The position numbers and the translations under genes are program-made. Under the pieces are notes generated by a model. It ran no database searches and had not been told where the DNA came from. It saw nothing but the letters and a program-made list of their open reading frames with translations. A stretch of 64,000 nucleotides of DNA, taken from Chiloscyllium plagiosum (taxonomy: Eukaryota). This document shows positions 12,186-24,930 of this stretch, piece after piece. The number at the start of each line of letters is the position of its first letter. The stretch's first letter is position 1. The DNA is taken from the NCBI RefSeq assembly GCF_004010195.1, contig NC_057718.1:79726514-79790513 (forward strand). Direction: 5' to 3'.

Positions 12186-15100
12186 AAAGCTGAGAGGTAG
12201 GGAAGATCTAGCAGAAAAAGGCAAGAACAGGGGTCCAATGTTGGATGTGAATGCTAGGCAGATGTAAAACTTGGAAATACGAATTGGGAACAGAAGTAAG
12301 CCATTTGATTCCTCAAGTTACTCCACTATCATGGCTGATCTAATTGTGGCCTTTTATTTATTCTTTCATGGGACACGGGCACTGCAGGCTAGTCCATTGT
12401 TTATTGTCCATTCCTAATCACCCAAGGAGTGCCCCAGTATCCTCAGTGAAGATGAAGCCATGACCTGAGGCCCTCTATGCCACCACCACACTGAAAAGGA
12501 AGTGTGTGAATTCTCGGAGGTTGTATTGGCAAGGAGTTCAACTACAGTGTCCAGCAATACATAGAAAATCATCTAAGTAAGTACTCTATCTAGATTAGAC
12601 CCAGGGCTCAAGCTGATAATCACATCTCACACTTACAATCACATGTCTGCAGCACATAGATGAGAAAATGCTCAAAGGGTACGGCACTCAGGATTGCCAG
12701 AGACCAGGCACCTAACCAGCTCCAGGAAAAGCCATGCCCTATTGGCCACAAGAGATGTGATCAATCTTCAAGAAAGATGCACAGGAATTTCAGGCAAGCC
12801 AGAGGCACTCAGCAAGTTGGAATAAAAGGTAAAGGAGTCTGTCTATGTTCCCAATGCTGTAACTGCTCTGTTATGCAAATGCTTGGCTGACTTCATGGAA
12901 AGGTTGGTGAGCCCCTTGAAGATCCAAGTCCAGCAGAATGCTCAATGGCTGCTGGATTTGGATCTGCACTCAACTACTCTCACCATGGCTGCTCAACATC
13001 AATAACAGAGTTAGGGTGGGTGGGTGGGGGATGGGGGAGGGAGGGGGTGGATGAGGAAGGGGGCGTCAATCCCCACACCAAATGCCCCTTCCTCACCAAG
13101 AGATAGGGATGGTACCATTAGGCACCCACCTTTTCAGACAGACTGTAGCAGTTCCTTCTCAGGACATTCCAGAAGTCTTCCTGCCTGTGAACCAAATATA
13201 ACTAGCAGTTCAAGCCCAGGAGGGTACGTCTGCCTGTGTGTAGGACATTCTCATCAAGGGATTTACTAAGCCAAAAGACACCAGAAGACCACCAAAGTCT
13301 TCAAAGTCTATAGACCACACAACACAACAGGCTTGCTCCATAGCAAGTCAGCCTGCATCTAGACATAATCATAGAGAAAGAAGAAGAAAAAAAGACATTC
13401 CTAGGGCTTATTAATGACAAAGCTGTTCAATCATCATATAATATCTGCAACTTTGTAAATATAGTTCACTTCCACTACAATAATATCTGCTGTAGTCTGA
13501 TTGTGCCACTAGCCTTTGGTCAGGTACAGCAATGGTAAAGAAGTGGTGCATCTTCAACTTACAAAAAGATGATCTTACATTGCAACCATCAAACATAGTT
13601 TCTCAGAATGAATGAAGTGGGTGACTGAAGGTAGCTCTATGCATCAGGGAATGACATACCTAAAAATTGGGGATTGCAGCCAAGGAATGATGGAGTAATA
13701 AAAATTGAAAATGTTAGAGAAACTCAGCAGATCTGGTGGCATCTGTCGAGAGAAAAGCAATTTTGAATGCAATAAATCTTCAGAACCCAAGACTTTAGAT
13801 GAATGTCCACGACCCTGAGTCTAAAGTTAACATGTAGGAAAGGAATTGGAGCCTGAGATATTCAAATCATTCACTTCTCATTCACAATAGAGGGAATAAA
13901 TGGTGCACTGTGAATGCTTCCACACATTTTAGGAGGGGAAGTTTTGTCACATATCTAGTCTTCAACAAATAACTTGAAATATTTAAGGCTGTGAGATGGC
14001 CAATGACCAACTTACACATTACATATCCTTAACTGTGCAATGCTCTACTGAAACAAATATATGAATTACAAACCATTGTGCTTTAAGCACTATCAAAGAG
14101 GATGCTCAGGAATAGCAATAACACAGGGAAGGCTCATAATCCTCTGAACCTTTGAAAGCTTGTGAAAGAGAAATGCTCAGAAAGACCATTCTCAAGATGA
14201 GTTAAAAATTTGGTAGTCCTCATAAGGGAATGCACTGCCTGAAATTACTTGTATGGCCTTTACACAAGAGCAATTGTAGCACAAACATCCAGAAGAGAGA
14301 TGTAATGCAAGTCCTCATTGTATAATTATTGCTTTACTGCTAATGCTAGACTAGGATAAAGTTTGTGCAAGCATTCTAGCTTATGAAGAGATGAGGATAT
14401 CAGTTCCACATTTGAAAAGAGAACTGAATTTTTTACTATATAGAGCAATGAATGGTGAAAACAACTAAGTCAGTTACCAATGGGAAATACATTCAGTGAA
14501 GGGTTGTCTGCTAACTGCACAAATTAAATTAGAACTGACAAACAGAAAGCTGAAACATTATAGTTGCATGTAGCTAGAAGGTACTCTCTGGCTTCTCTGT
14601 AACATTGTCCTGTCTTTCTCTCTTTAATGATGCTCCTGTCACATCTCAGATCCACACTTTCATCTTCTTCCTCAGACGATTCGTCTCACTTCTGTACCTC
14701 CTCCTTTTCTGACATGTTTTCCCTTTGCTGACTGAAATTGTGGAGGGCACAGCACACCACTATGTTACAGGATGCCCTGGCTGGATGGTACTGCTTCAGA
14801 GATCAGAATTTCAATTTTTAGAGGTCTATGGTCTGTTGCACATTAGCCCTGGTTGAAGCGTGAGCAGAAAGCACATTTGATATTCCTTGTCATCCACCAA
14901 CCATCATTGTTTAAATAAGACTTACACCTGTGAGTGCTCCAGTATGTACAAATCTTGGTAACTCCTTGAATTTCTAGTGCAGACCTACAAAATCTGGCTG
15001 TTATGGTCATAAGTGAATTGTAATTTAAGGGACTGGATTCCTTTTCTCTTCAAAAACATTTCTGTTGATGATGGAGCACTCTCAAAGCTATGTGGGTATA

Positions 15101-15589
15101 ATTGATTGCATATTGCACTTTCAGCAAGGTAGTAATGTATGACAAACCTGATTTCTTGGCTGCTTGACTGGCCTTGTCAAGGGGGAGTGGGATAAATAGG
15201 TGGTCTCTGCATGAGTGATATCCCAATGCCTTTATGAGTAGAGGACTGAGAAATGACTGAGAAATGAATGCTCTCTGAAAGTACCCCTTTAGCAAAGATT
15301 GAAGGAGAGCTGAATCCTGAGGGCTATCACGATGGGATTGCCATTGGGTCCCTATGACTGCAGCTCCTCATCAAGCAACTGTTATAGCTGTGACATGATA
15401 GATTGGGATATCCAGAATCTTCTTCTGTAGCAGACCTTAGTCATTTGCAAACTGCTGTGCCAAAGTGAGTACATACAGCTCTGCAGCAGAACTCTCTGCC
15501 TCCTCGGAGAATTTTGTTGTGCTGCTTAGAGATGCTGTGCAGCAGTCAGTAGTGGCTCTGCCTTGATATCCCCAAAATTGCCCTTTTTC

Positions 15590-16430
15590 AAATGTAAAAC
15601 AACCATCTTAGATCCACTCTTCTCTTCCTCAAGCTGAATATGATATTCAATCATATTATGATCACTACTACCTGAGGGCACCTGCATTATGAGATCAATA
15701 ATTAATCCTGTTTCATTTCACATTACAAAATCTTGTTTTGCCTCTACCTTGTTTGGCTCCAAAGTATGCTGCTCTAAGAAACTGTTCTGAATCACTGTAT
15801 GACCTCACTGTTCAGGCTACTTTTGTCAACCTAATTCATCTAATCTATATGCGGATTAAAATTGCCCAGAGTTTTCACTGTACCATTCTCACAAGCCCCA
15901 TTAGTTCTTAGTGAATACCCTGTCTTTCAGTGTTATTACCATTTGGGGACCAAATGCTACACATACAAGTGATAACTACTTGCATTATCTCTCGTATAAA
16001 CATTAAATTGATTCTTCATCTTAATCTACAGAATTAAGGTCATCTCTTTTTTTTATAGCAAGGTCATTCTTAATTAACACTTAACTTCCTCGTTCCTATC
16101 TTTCCTATATGTCTTCAGGTCACACTTTTTATTATCTTGCAGCCATGGCTAAGTTCTGATTGCATCATCAATTCATCTGCTTTGCCATGAATGCTGCATC
16201 CAGTTAGATATCAAGCCCCTAGTTCTGTCCTTTTCACTATTTTTGAAACATCCAGCCTGATTTGCTGGTGCACTTTTAGGTTTGTATGCTCTTTCTCTTC
16301 TTGTCATGCTTTAATCATAATTTCCCTCGTTGCTACCTTGCTCCCTTGCCTTATCTTTCCAATTCAATTTCTCACAACTTCTAAAACTTGACTCTTTGAC
16401 CCCATTATTTAGCTTAAAACTCTCTCTCTA
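15590..16430 (-). mobile_element. Old CR1-type LINE, APE endonuclease region relic
   Basis: Reverse strand agtgatcataatatgattgaa = SDHNMIE (APE SDH motif) at ~15647-15667; surrounding sequence is decayed. Confidence 0.5.
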
Positions 16431-16432
16431 CT

Positions 16433-16624
16433 AACATGGCCAATTCACCTAACCTGCACATTTTTATACTGTGGGAGGAAACCGGAGCACCCGGAGGAAA
16501 CCCACGCAGACACACGAGGAGAATGTGCAAACTCCACACAGACAGTTGCCTGAGGCGGGAATTGAACCTGTGTCTCTGGCGCTGTGAGGCAGCAATGCTA
16601 ACCGCTGTACCACAGTGCTGCCCC
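16433..16624 (-). mobile_element. HE1/V-SINE-type SINE, 5' part only
   Basis: Close match to 62210-62396. Confidence 0.9.
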
Positions 16625-17399
16625 CAAGGGAAGAAGAAGGGAGGAAAACGGGGAAAATTAAAATCTAAAATTATACAAATTATTCATGATGGAGCACTCA
16701 GAGAAAATGAAATGTGAAATAAAGGAACAGAAAAATAGAGATTTAGAATTAGCAAAGGCATTGCATTTTACATACTTCAGGCAAAAGGTAAATGAATAAA
16801 ATCATTTACATTTGCATTTTCATTTATTTTATCAAAATAACTGCTGTGAAACTACGTATTAGAAAATATTACACATTTATGATCAATTTTAGTTGGAATA
16901 ACTACTTGAAAGAAGATTGTAAGTTGTGCATATGATATATTACTTATTGGAGAACAGATTATAAATATGCACAAATGCAGTCTCGAACTGATTTAACTGT
17001 AAGTATTGAATTGTTTATTATCAAAATTGTCTGTAAAGAGTTCAGCAGCCATACATGAGCAGACTGCAGATAAGGAATGACTCATTATTATGGCAGGTTA
17101 TTTGTTACAACATGGTTTGATAATTTTTTTAAATTTCTATACTGATCGGTTATAGTGAACTTTGTTGCTCAAGTTTGGCAAATAACAAGTCCCAGAGGTG
17201 GTGAAAATGCCTGTTTAACAATTCTTCTCCAAATGCAGCATACTGCATGAAGCAACATTGGACATGATCAGAAAGTGAGAAACCGAAAAGGATAAATTAC
17301 ATACAGAAAAGAGGTGGAGGATAGGAAAGAGAGACTGAGAGTGGGAAAAGATAATAAATAACAATCATGATTTTGAAAGTATTTGCATGTCTAAAAATG

Positions 17400-17525
17400 A
17401 AATGTTTGCATTTATTTGGCACCTGTCATAATAGAAAGTTCCAAAGGGCCTTAATAATAAATTACTTATGAAATGTAGTCACTGTCGTAATGTAGGAGCT
17501 GTGGCAGCTAATTAGAGTGTACAGA
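17400..17525 (-). mobile_element. Deu-domain SINE (SacSINE1/AmnSINE1-like) fragment
   Basis: Reverse strand ...aattagctgccacagctcctacattacgacagtgactacatttcataagtaa...aaatgcaaac resembles the recalled Deu-SINE 3' consensus. Related copies at ~30610-30810, ~39465-39555 and ~56115-56225. Confidence 0.6.
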
Positions 17526-18059
17526 AAGAAGATAAAGAGAAACAGCAAAGGAGGAGATGTGAAGAATTCAAGAGTAAGAAATAAACAGAGATCAGCAGAA
17601 AATTAAACTAATTGTTGTCTCTGAGTAAAGTCTGCAAATACAGCAGCAGCACTGGGGCAAAAATGATAAAGTGCTGAATCAATGTCCCTGGATACTGAGT
17701 TCTCACACACTAAATGCAAATGAGTCAATGGTAGTCATTCTCAGATTCATCCATTGTTTTCAGAATGGCATAAGCATTCTGCCAAGTAATTAATATCCCC
17801 CTACTATTGTGTCAGGATATAATGAATGATCTGGGTAAAACATCCCCCTCATCTAAATTTCATACCACAGTCTCAATGATCAGTCTGCAGACTACCCCTT
17901 GCTTATATACAACCATTACAGGTTTGTGTGGGAATCATGTGATTGTCCATTGGCTTAAAGTCTGGAACATGACATGCAATGCATTCAGAAGGGAAACCAG
18001 ACATTGCATACATATTAATTATTGAAAGTAGAAGATTCCTCCACTATGTCAGATTAACA

Positions 18060-19027
18060 AGACAAGACACAGGATGGTGGTAATAGGTTTCTTTTTAGAC
18101 TGGTGGCCTATGACCAGTGGTGTGCAACAAGGATCAGTGCTGGATTCACTGCTTTTCATCATTTATATAAATGATTTGGATTTGAACATAAGGGCACGGT
18201 TAATAAGTTTGCAGATGACACCAAATTGATGATGTAATGGACAGTAAAGAAAATTATCCCAGAGTACAACGGGACCTTAATCAGGCCAAGGAATGGCAGG
18301 TAAAGTTCCGTTTAGATAAATCTGAAGTGTTGCATTTTGTGAAATACACCAGGGCAGGACTTATACAGTTAATGGTAGGGCCCTAGGGAGTGTTGTCAAA
18401 CAGACAGACTGAAAGGTACAGGTGTGTAGTTCCTTGTAAATGGAGTCAGAGGTAGACAAGATGGTGAAGACAACATTTGGCACGCTTGCCTTCATTTGTC
18501 AGAACATTGAGTATAGGACTGGGATGTCATTATTGCGACTGTACAGGACTGGTGAAGCCACTTTTAGAGTACCGTGTACAATTCTAGAGGGTTTCCATTA
18601 TAGGGAGAGGCTGAATAGGCTTGGGCTATTTTCCAAGTGTCGGAGACAAGCGGTGACCTCATAGAGATTTATAAAATCATGAGAGGCATGGATAGGGTGA
18701 AAAGTCGAGGTCTTTTTCCTTGGTTGGGGGAGTCCAAAAGACAGTATAGTTTGAGGTGAGAGAGGAGAGATTTAAAAAGGACCTGTGGGGTAACTCCTTC
18801 ACACCAAGGCTGGTGCGTGTATGGAACAAGCTATCAGAGGGAGTGGTGGAAGCGGATACAATCACAGCATTTAAAAGGCATCTGGATGGTTATATGAATA
18901 GGAAAGTTTTAGAGGGACGTGGACTAAATGCTGGCAAATGGGATTAGGTCAGATTGGGATATCTAGTCGGCACATTTGAGTTGGACGGAAGGGTCTGCTT
19001 CAGTGCTGAATGACTCAATGAATCTAT
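18060..19027 (+). mobile_element. CR1-type LINE, 3' ~1 kb of ORF2 plus 3' UTR
   Basis: GVQQGSVL and FADDTK-type RT motifs at ~18118-18225; C-terminal RFKKDLWGNSFTPRLVRVWNKL; typical 3' tail. Confidence 0.9.
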
Positions 19028-19097
19028 CAGTAATAAAATCCAAATAGCATAGTTCTGTCTACATTTAAAGTTCATTATTTAATATAACTGAGAGTAA

Positions 19098-19168
19098 GTA
19101 TGTAAGTTAGCTCACTGAGCTTGAAGGTTTGTTTCCAGACATTTTGTTACCACATTAGGTAACACTGA
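19098..19168 (-). mobile_element. Relic of the Poseidon-like PLE terminal repeat
   Basis: tgtaagttagctcactgagcttgaaggtttgtttccagacattttgttacc...aggtaaca aligns with 52589-52652. Confidence 0.6.
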
Positions 19169-20512
19169 GAGTTTCTTAGTCAAAGAATACTGCATGAAAT
19201 GAACGGTGCCATTCTGAACCTAAATAGGATTAGATTATCTCAAAATTACAAATAAGTCATCTTTGATAATTTCACAAAATAAAAGGAAAATAGCAATTAT
19301 TATTCATAGCTCCTGTGCAAAGGGCCTTGAAATTATTTTTCTGATTACTTTGAAGTGGTTCACAGCCCACTACACTCAGAGACACCTAAGTGTGAAAGTT
19401 TTAAACTAGTATTTCTTTGTGCTCTGTTTTATGGTATTTTATGATTTTTGAAGTGTAAACTCACTCCAATTTTAGTCTGTTTATAAAGTTGAACTACAAA
19501 AGAGAAAAAAATGAGGTCTGACCTTGGAAGTTCAAAGCTCTTTGCTTCATACTGTGCCTCCAAGTTCTAATGGAAAAATGACTGATAAATTGAAACAGTT
19601 TCTGTGCTTTAGTGTGTGCGCCCATGGCCAACCTAATGCCTCAGGTCCCACCTACAGAAACTAATGAGCTCTGGGCTCCTCTGTAGCTTTCCCAGACAGT
19701 TGCACAGCAAGGAGGATTTCAATTTCAGGTTGCTGCCTCAAGTCCTTGGAGAAAGGTGGGGGATTGATCAAGAGCGAAAGACAGATAAAAAACCAGTAGG
19801 GAAAGAAGCAATCAAGAGGGAGGGGGAAAGCGATCAGGCGAAGTGTGCAGAGATTAGGTGGGGTGAAGGTTATAGCTCAGGCTGGCTTCACATGCAGCTG
19901 AAGGATCACTGGTTATACCACATAGAGATCACACTTATCTAAATGCAGCTAACTCAGAGATGGCTATATTTAGGGTAGCCTCCAATTCAAACTGACTATG
20001 CCTTCCATTACATTGCAAAGGTTAGTTCAGTTCTACTGGCAACTCCATAAATAACAAACCAGTCTGTAGTTATGTGTTACAGGACCTATACAAGATCCAG
20101 GCTTGCACTGAAAAGTGGCAACAAAATTTACAACACGTAATTGTCAGGCAGTGACCTTCTCGAACAAGGAGAGGGTTCAAACATCTTCCATTAACTTTTA
20201 CTGGAATTATCATGGATGAATCCCATTCCATGAACATCCTGGGAGGATTGCCATGAACCAGAAACATAACTGAACTATCAGATTAAATACTGTGACTACA
20301 GGAATAAATTACTAACTTGGATTTCTACAGCAAGTCTTTATCAAGGAAGCAGATGCAACACAGGGCATGGTGACAGAGGAAGAAATTCAGTCACCAGGAA
20401 AGTTCACAATTGATAAGGCAGAGGTATTAAAAGAGTACTAAAAGAGATGGTGGGAGAAATATCAAGTGCACTAGTGGTCATTTTCCAACATTCACTGGAC
20501 TCAGGGGCAGTT

Positions 20513-21522
20513 AAAGTCATAGAGTCATAGAGATGTACAGCATGGAAACAGACCCTTCAGTCCAACCTGTCCACGCCGACCAGATATCCCAACCCAATCT
20601 AGTCCCACCTGCCAGCACCCGGCCCATGTCCCTCTAAACCCTTCCTATTCATATACCCATCCAAATGCCTCTTAAATGTTGCAATTGTACCAGCCTCCAC
20701 CACATCCTCTGGCAGCTCATTCCATACATGTACCACCCTCTGCATGAAAAAGTTGCCCCTTAGGTCTCTTTTATATCTTTCCCCTCTCATCCTAAACCTA
20801 TGCCCTTGGGACTCCCCGACCCCAGGGAAAAGACTTGGTCTAGTTATCCTATCCATGCCCCTCATAATTTTGTAAACCTCTATAAGGTCACCCCTCAGCC
20901 TCCGACGCTCCAGGGAAAACAGCTCCAGCCAGTTCAGCCCCTCCCTATAGCTCAGGTCCTTCAACCCTGGCAACGTCCTTGTAAATCTTTTCTGAACCCT
21001 TTCAAGTTTCACAACATCTTTCCGATAGGAAGGAGACCAGAATTGCNNNNNNNNNNNNNNNNNNNNNNNNNNNNNNNNNNNNNNNNNNNNNNNNNNNNNN
21101 NNNNNNNNNNNNNNNNNNNNNNNNNNNNNNNNNNNNNNNNNNNNNNNNNNNCTTTCCCAAAACGCAGCACTTCGCATTTATCTGAATTAAACTCCATCTG
21201 CCACTTCTCAGCCCATTAGCCCATCTGGTCAAGATCCTGTTGTAATCTGAGGTAACCCTCTTTGCTATCCACTACACCTCCAATTTTGGTGTCATCTGTA
21301 AACTTACTAACTGTACCTCTTATGCTCGCATCCAAATCATTTCTGTAAATGACAAAAAGTAGAGGGCCCAGCACTGATCCTTGTGGCACTCTACTGGTCA
21401 CAGGCCTCCAATCTAAAAAAGAACCCTCCACCACCACCCTCTGTCTTCTGTATCCAAATGGCTAGTTCTCCCTGTATTCCATGAGATCTAACCTTGCTAA
21501 TCAGTCTCCCATGGGGAACCTT
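20513..21522 (-). mobile_element. Young CR1-type LINE, 5'-truncated, nested (contains a 105-N gap at 21047-21151)
   Basis: ORFs 21216-21437 (VPQGSVLGP..FTDDTK) and 20599-21177 (ERRRLRGDLIEVYKI..VWNELP); repeated ctatgact tail at 20515-20531. Confidence 0.93.
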
Positions 21523-22665
21523 GTTCCAGCAGATTGGAAAACAGCAAATGCGATGGTACTGTTTAAAAAGGGAGGTAGACAAAAGGTGGGAAGTTATAGA
21601 CCGGTTAGCTTAACGAATGTAGTGGGGAAGATGCTTGAGTCTATAATCAAGGAAGAAATAGCAAGGCATCTAGATAGAAATTGTCTCATTGGGCAGATGC
21701 AGCATGGGTTTATGAAGGGCAGGTCATGCTTAACAAATCTTTTGGAATTCTATGAAGACATTACAAGCAAGGTGGACTTCGGGGACCCAATATATGTGGT
21801 GTACCTAGATTTCCAAAAGGCATTCAACAAGGTGTTGCACAAAAGGCTGCTACATAAGATAAAGATGCATGATGTCACAGGTAAAGTATTGGTAATACCA
21901 CATAGGGTGGAGGATTGGTTGACTAACAGAAAGTAAACGGTGGGGATAAATGTGTGCTATTCTGGTTGGCAATCAGAAACTAGTGATGTGCCTCAGGGAT
22001 CAGTTTTGGGACCGCAATTATTCACATCTACATAGATGATTTGGAGTTGGTGACCACGTGCAGTGTATCAAAATTTGCAGATGACACTAAGATGAGTGGC
22101 AGAGCAAAGTGTGCAGAGGACTATCAAACTTTGCAGAGGAACACAGATACTTTAAGTGAGTGGGCTGGCAGATGGTCTGGCAGATGGAATACAATGTTAA
22201 TAAATGTGAAGTCATCTATTTTGGTCAGAGTAACAATAAAAAGGACTATTACTTGAATGGTAAAAAGTTGCAGCATGCTGATTTGCAGAGGGACCTGGGT
22301 GTCCTTGTGCATGAATCACAGAAGGTTGGTCTGCAGCTACAACAAATAATTAAGAAGGCAAATGGAATTTTGTCCTTCATTGCTAAAGGGATTGAGTTTA
22401 AGTTCTAACTGTACGAGGTGCTGGTGAGGCCCCACCTGGAGTACAGTGTGCAGTTGTGGTCTCCTTACTTGAGAAAGGATATACTGGCACTAGAGGGGGT
22501 GCAAAGGAGATTCTCGAGGTTGTTTCTGGAGTTGAGGGGGTTGGCTAATGAGGAGAAACTGAGTAAACTGGGATTATATTCATTGGAATTCAGGAGAATG
22601 CAACACAGAAACATATAGAGTTATGAAAGGAATAGATAAGATAGAAGTAGAGAGGATGTTTCCAC

Positions 22666-22792
22666 TAGGTGAAAGTGAGGACTGCAGATGCTGGAGATTA
22701 GAGTCGAGAGTGTGGTGCTGGAAATGTACAGCAGGTCAGGCAGCATCTGAGGAGCAGGAAGATCAACGTTTCGGGCAGGAGCCCTTCATCAG
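22666..22792 (-). mobile_element. PLE terminal repeat with intact hammerhead core, inserted in CR1
   Basis: Reverse strand CTGATGA-A-GGGC-TCCT-GCCC-GAAAC-GTT (22792-22765). Flanking direct repeat aggatgtttccac at 22653-22665 and 22791-22803. Confidence 0.87.
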
Positions 22793-23529
22793 GATGTTTC
22801 CACCCATCAGGTGAAACTAGGACAAGAGGGCATAGTCTCATGATTAGAGGGAGCAGATTTAAGACTGAATTGAGAAGGAACTTCTTCATCCAGAGGGTTG
22901 TAAATCTATGGAATTCCTTGCCCAGTGAAGTAGTTGACGATACTTCATGTAAATGTTTTTAAAGCTAAGATAGATATTTTTATGATCAGTAAAGGATTTA
23001 AGGGATAAGGTGAGAGTGCGGTTAAGTGGAGCTGAGTCCACAAAAAGATCAGCCACGATCTAATTGAATGGCGGAGCAGGCTCAAAGGGCCAGACGGCCT
23101 AATCCTGCTCCTAGTTCTTATGTTCTTATGTATTGGATAGGCTTTCGGTGATTGACAAGGCACTGGGACAAGGCACAGGCGCCAACTGAGATGTATCCAA
23201 GGACACTGAAGGAAGAGAGAAAGGAACTTATGGGGGGATAGGCCATAATTTTTCAGTCTTTCTTAGATTCAGGGGTAGTGCTAGTAAATTTGTTTGAGAA
23301 AGGATGGGAACAGGAGAAATGCGCAGGGTAAGTTCAGCAAGTAAAGACCAGGTAAGTGTCTAGAAACTACAGTCAGAATCTTATAAGTCCAGAACAATGT
23401 GCTTTGGCAAACATGGGGCAAAATTGTGTGGGAGATCTTATGAAGCCATTTGCAGTATTGGACTTATCTTGTTGCATCGTTTATGTTTTTGCTGAGCAAT
23501 GAAGCCAGTTTCTTGCTAGGCAGCAGCAA

Positions 23530-24296
23530 GTTATAGAGTTATAGCTTCATAATCATACAGGGTAAAAACAGACCCTTCGATCCAACTCTACAATGCTGAC
23601 CAGATATCCTAAACTGAACTAGTCTCATTTGACTGTGTTTGGCCCATATCCCTCTAAGCCTTTTGTATTCATGCACCTGTCTAAATGTCTTTTAAGTGTT
23701 TTAGTCTTACAGCATTTATCACTTCCTCTGGCAGCTCATTCCACACATGTACCACCCTCTATGTGAAAAAGTTGCCCATCAGGTTCCTTTGAAATCTATC
23801 CCCTCTCACCTTAAATCTATGCCTTCTCATTTTGGACTCCTGTACTCAGGGAAATAAAACTTTGGCTATTTACTTTATCAATGCCCCTCGTAATTTTATA
23901 AATCTCAGCCTCCTATGCTCTGGGGAAAATAAGTCACAGCCTATCAGCCTCTCCTTATAACCCAAACTTTCCAGTCTTGGTAACATACTTGTAAATCATT
24001 TTGCACCCTTTCCAGTTTAATAACATCCTACCTCTAGCAGATCAACCTTAATTGTACGCAGTACTCAAAATATGGTCTTACCAATGTCTTGTGCAGCTGT
24101 AACATGACATTTAAACTCCTGTACTTAATGGTCTGACTGATGAAAGCAAGTGTGCCAAACACCTTCTTTAAAATCTTGTCTACCTGTGAAGCTACTTTCA
24201 AGGAACTGTGTACCTCCACCCTGGCTCTCCCTGTTTGACAACACTCCCCAGTACCCAAACATTAACTAAGTCCTGCCCTGGTTTGTCTTATCAAAG
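23530..24296 (-). mobile_element. CR1-type LINE 3' fragment
   Basis: ORF 24034-24258 (KVFGTLAFISQTIKYRS..LVRPYFEYCVQ); 3' tail homologous to 20520-20700. Confidence 0.9.
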
Positions 24297-24830
24297 GTTT
24301 CTGAGTTATCAATTAAGGGGGATTATTGCTTGTCAATTGCCTTATTAACACTCCAACTCACCTCATTAATATTCAGCTTCATACCTTACCAAACACCACT
24401 GAACAAGCTAGACTTTGAAAATTCTCAGTATAGAAGTCAGAGTGACTATTTGATGACTTCAACTTGCTGTTTGCTCCAAATGCCCTCCATTTTGGACATT
24501 AGGCATTGAGATCTCAGGGCATGCTTTATGGCCACACACAACCCCACATCCATATTGACTTGTGTCAGCCTCTAAGAATGTTCATGGCACATCTCCAATT
24601 CACTTACAGGATGCATCTGCATTTCAATGCTGCACTGATGGCTGCACCAACAATTATCATTGTAATGCTGCTGCAAGTACAATGTGCATTCAGGGACACA
24701 CACCCAGCACAGTTCCTTGCCTTCATTGTGTTTACTCATTTTCAGCCTATATGAATCCTTACAGCAACTCTGCCTTGCATTTTCTTGACTTGCTTTCTTG
24801 TGCTTTGACCCCTCAGCTGGGTTCATCGTA

Positions 24831-24930
24831 CTGAAGAAGAGTCACTGGACCGGAATCATTAACTCTTCTTTCCCTCCACAGATGCTGTCAAACCTACTGA
24901 GTTTTCCAGGAAGCTTATTATGTTTGACAG
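24831..24930 (+). mobile_element. Decayed PLE terminal repeat
   Basis: ctgaagaagagtcactggaccggaatcattaactc...ccacagatgctgtcaaacctactgagttttccag. Confidence 0.55.

Larger units (their letters stand above)
20425..23130 (+). mobile_element. CR1-type LINE (RT through 3' end), interrupted by an antisense CR1 and a PLE repeat
   Basis: RVLKEMVGEISSALVVIFQHSLDSG (~20434-20508) resumes at 21523 as VPADWKTANA..YRPVSLT..QHGFMKGRSCLTNL..YLDFQKAF, then FADDTK. Ends in tcttatgttcttatg. Confidence 0.92.

Noticed and set aside
12420..13620. Possible decayed DNA-transposon or coding region
   Set aside because: No recognisable protein motif or termini.
15050..15100. LHH-containing minus-strand ORF as PRKN exon 8
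   Set aside because: Context (ALRVLHHQQKCF) does not match [20 protein letters not shown].
21481..21936. 151-aa RT ORF with a novel N-terminus
   Set aside because: Chimeric read across the junction of an antisense CR1 and the host CR1 at ~21522.
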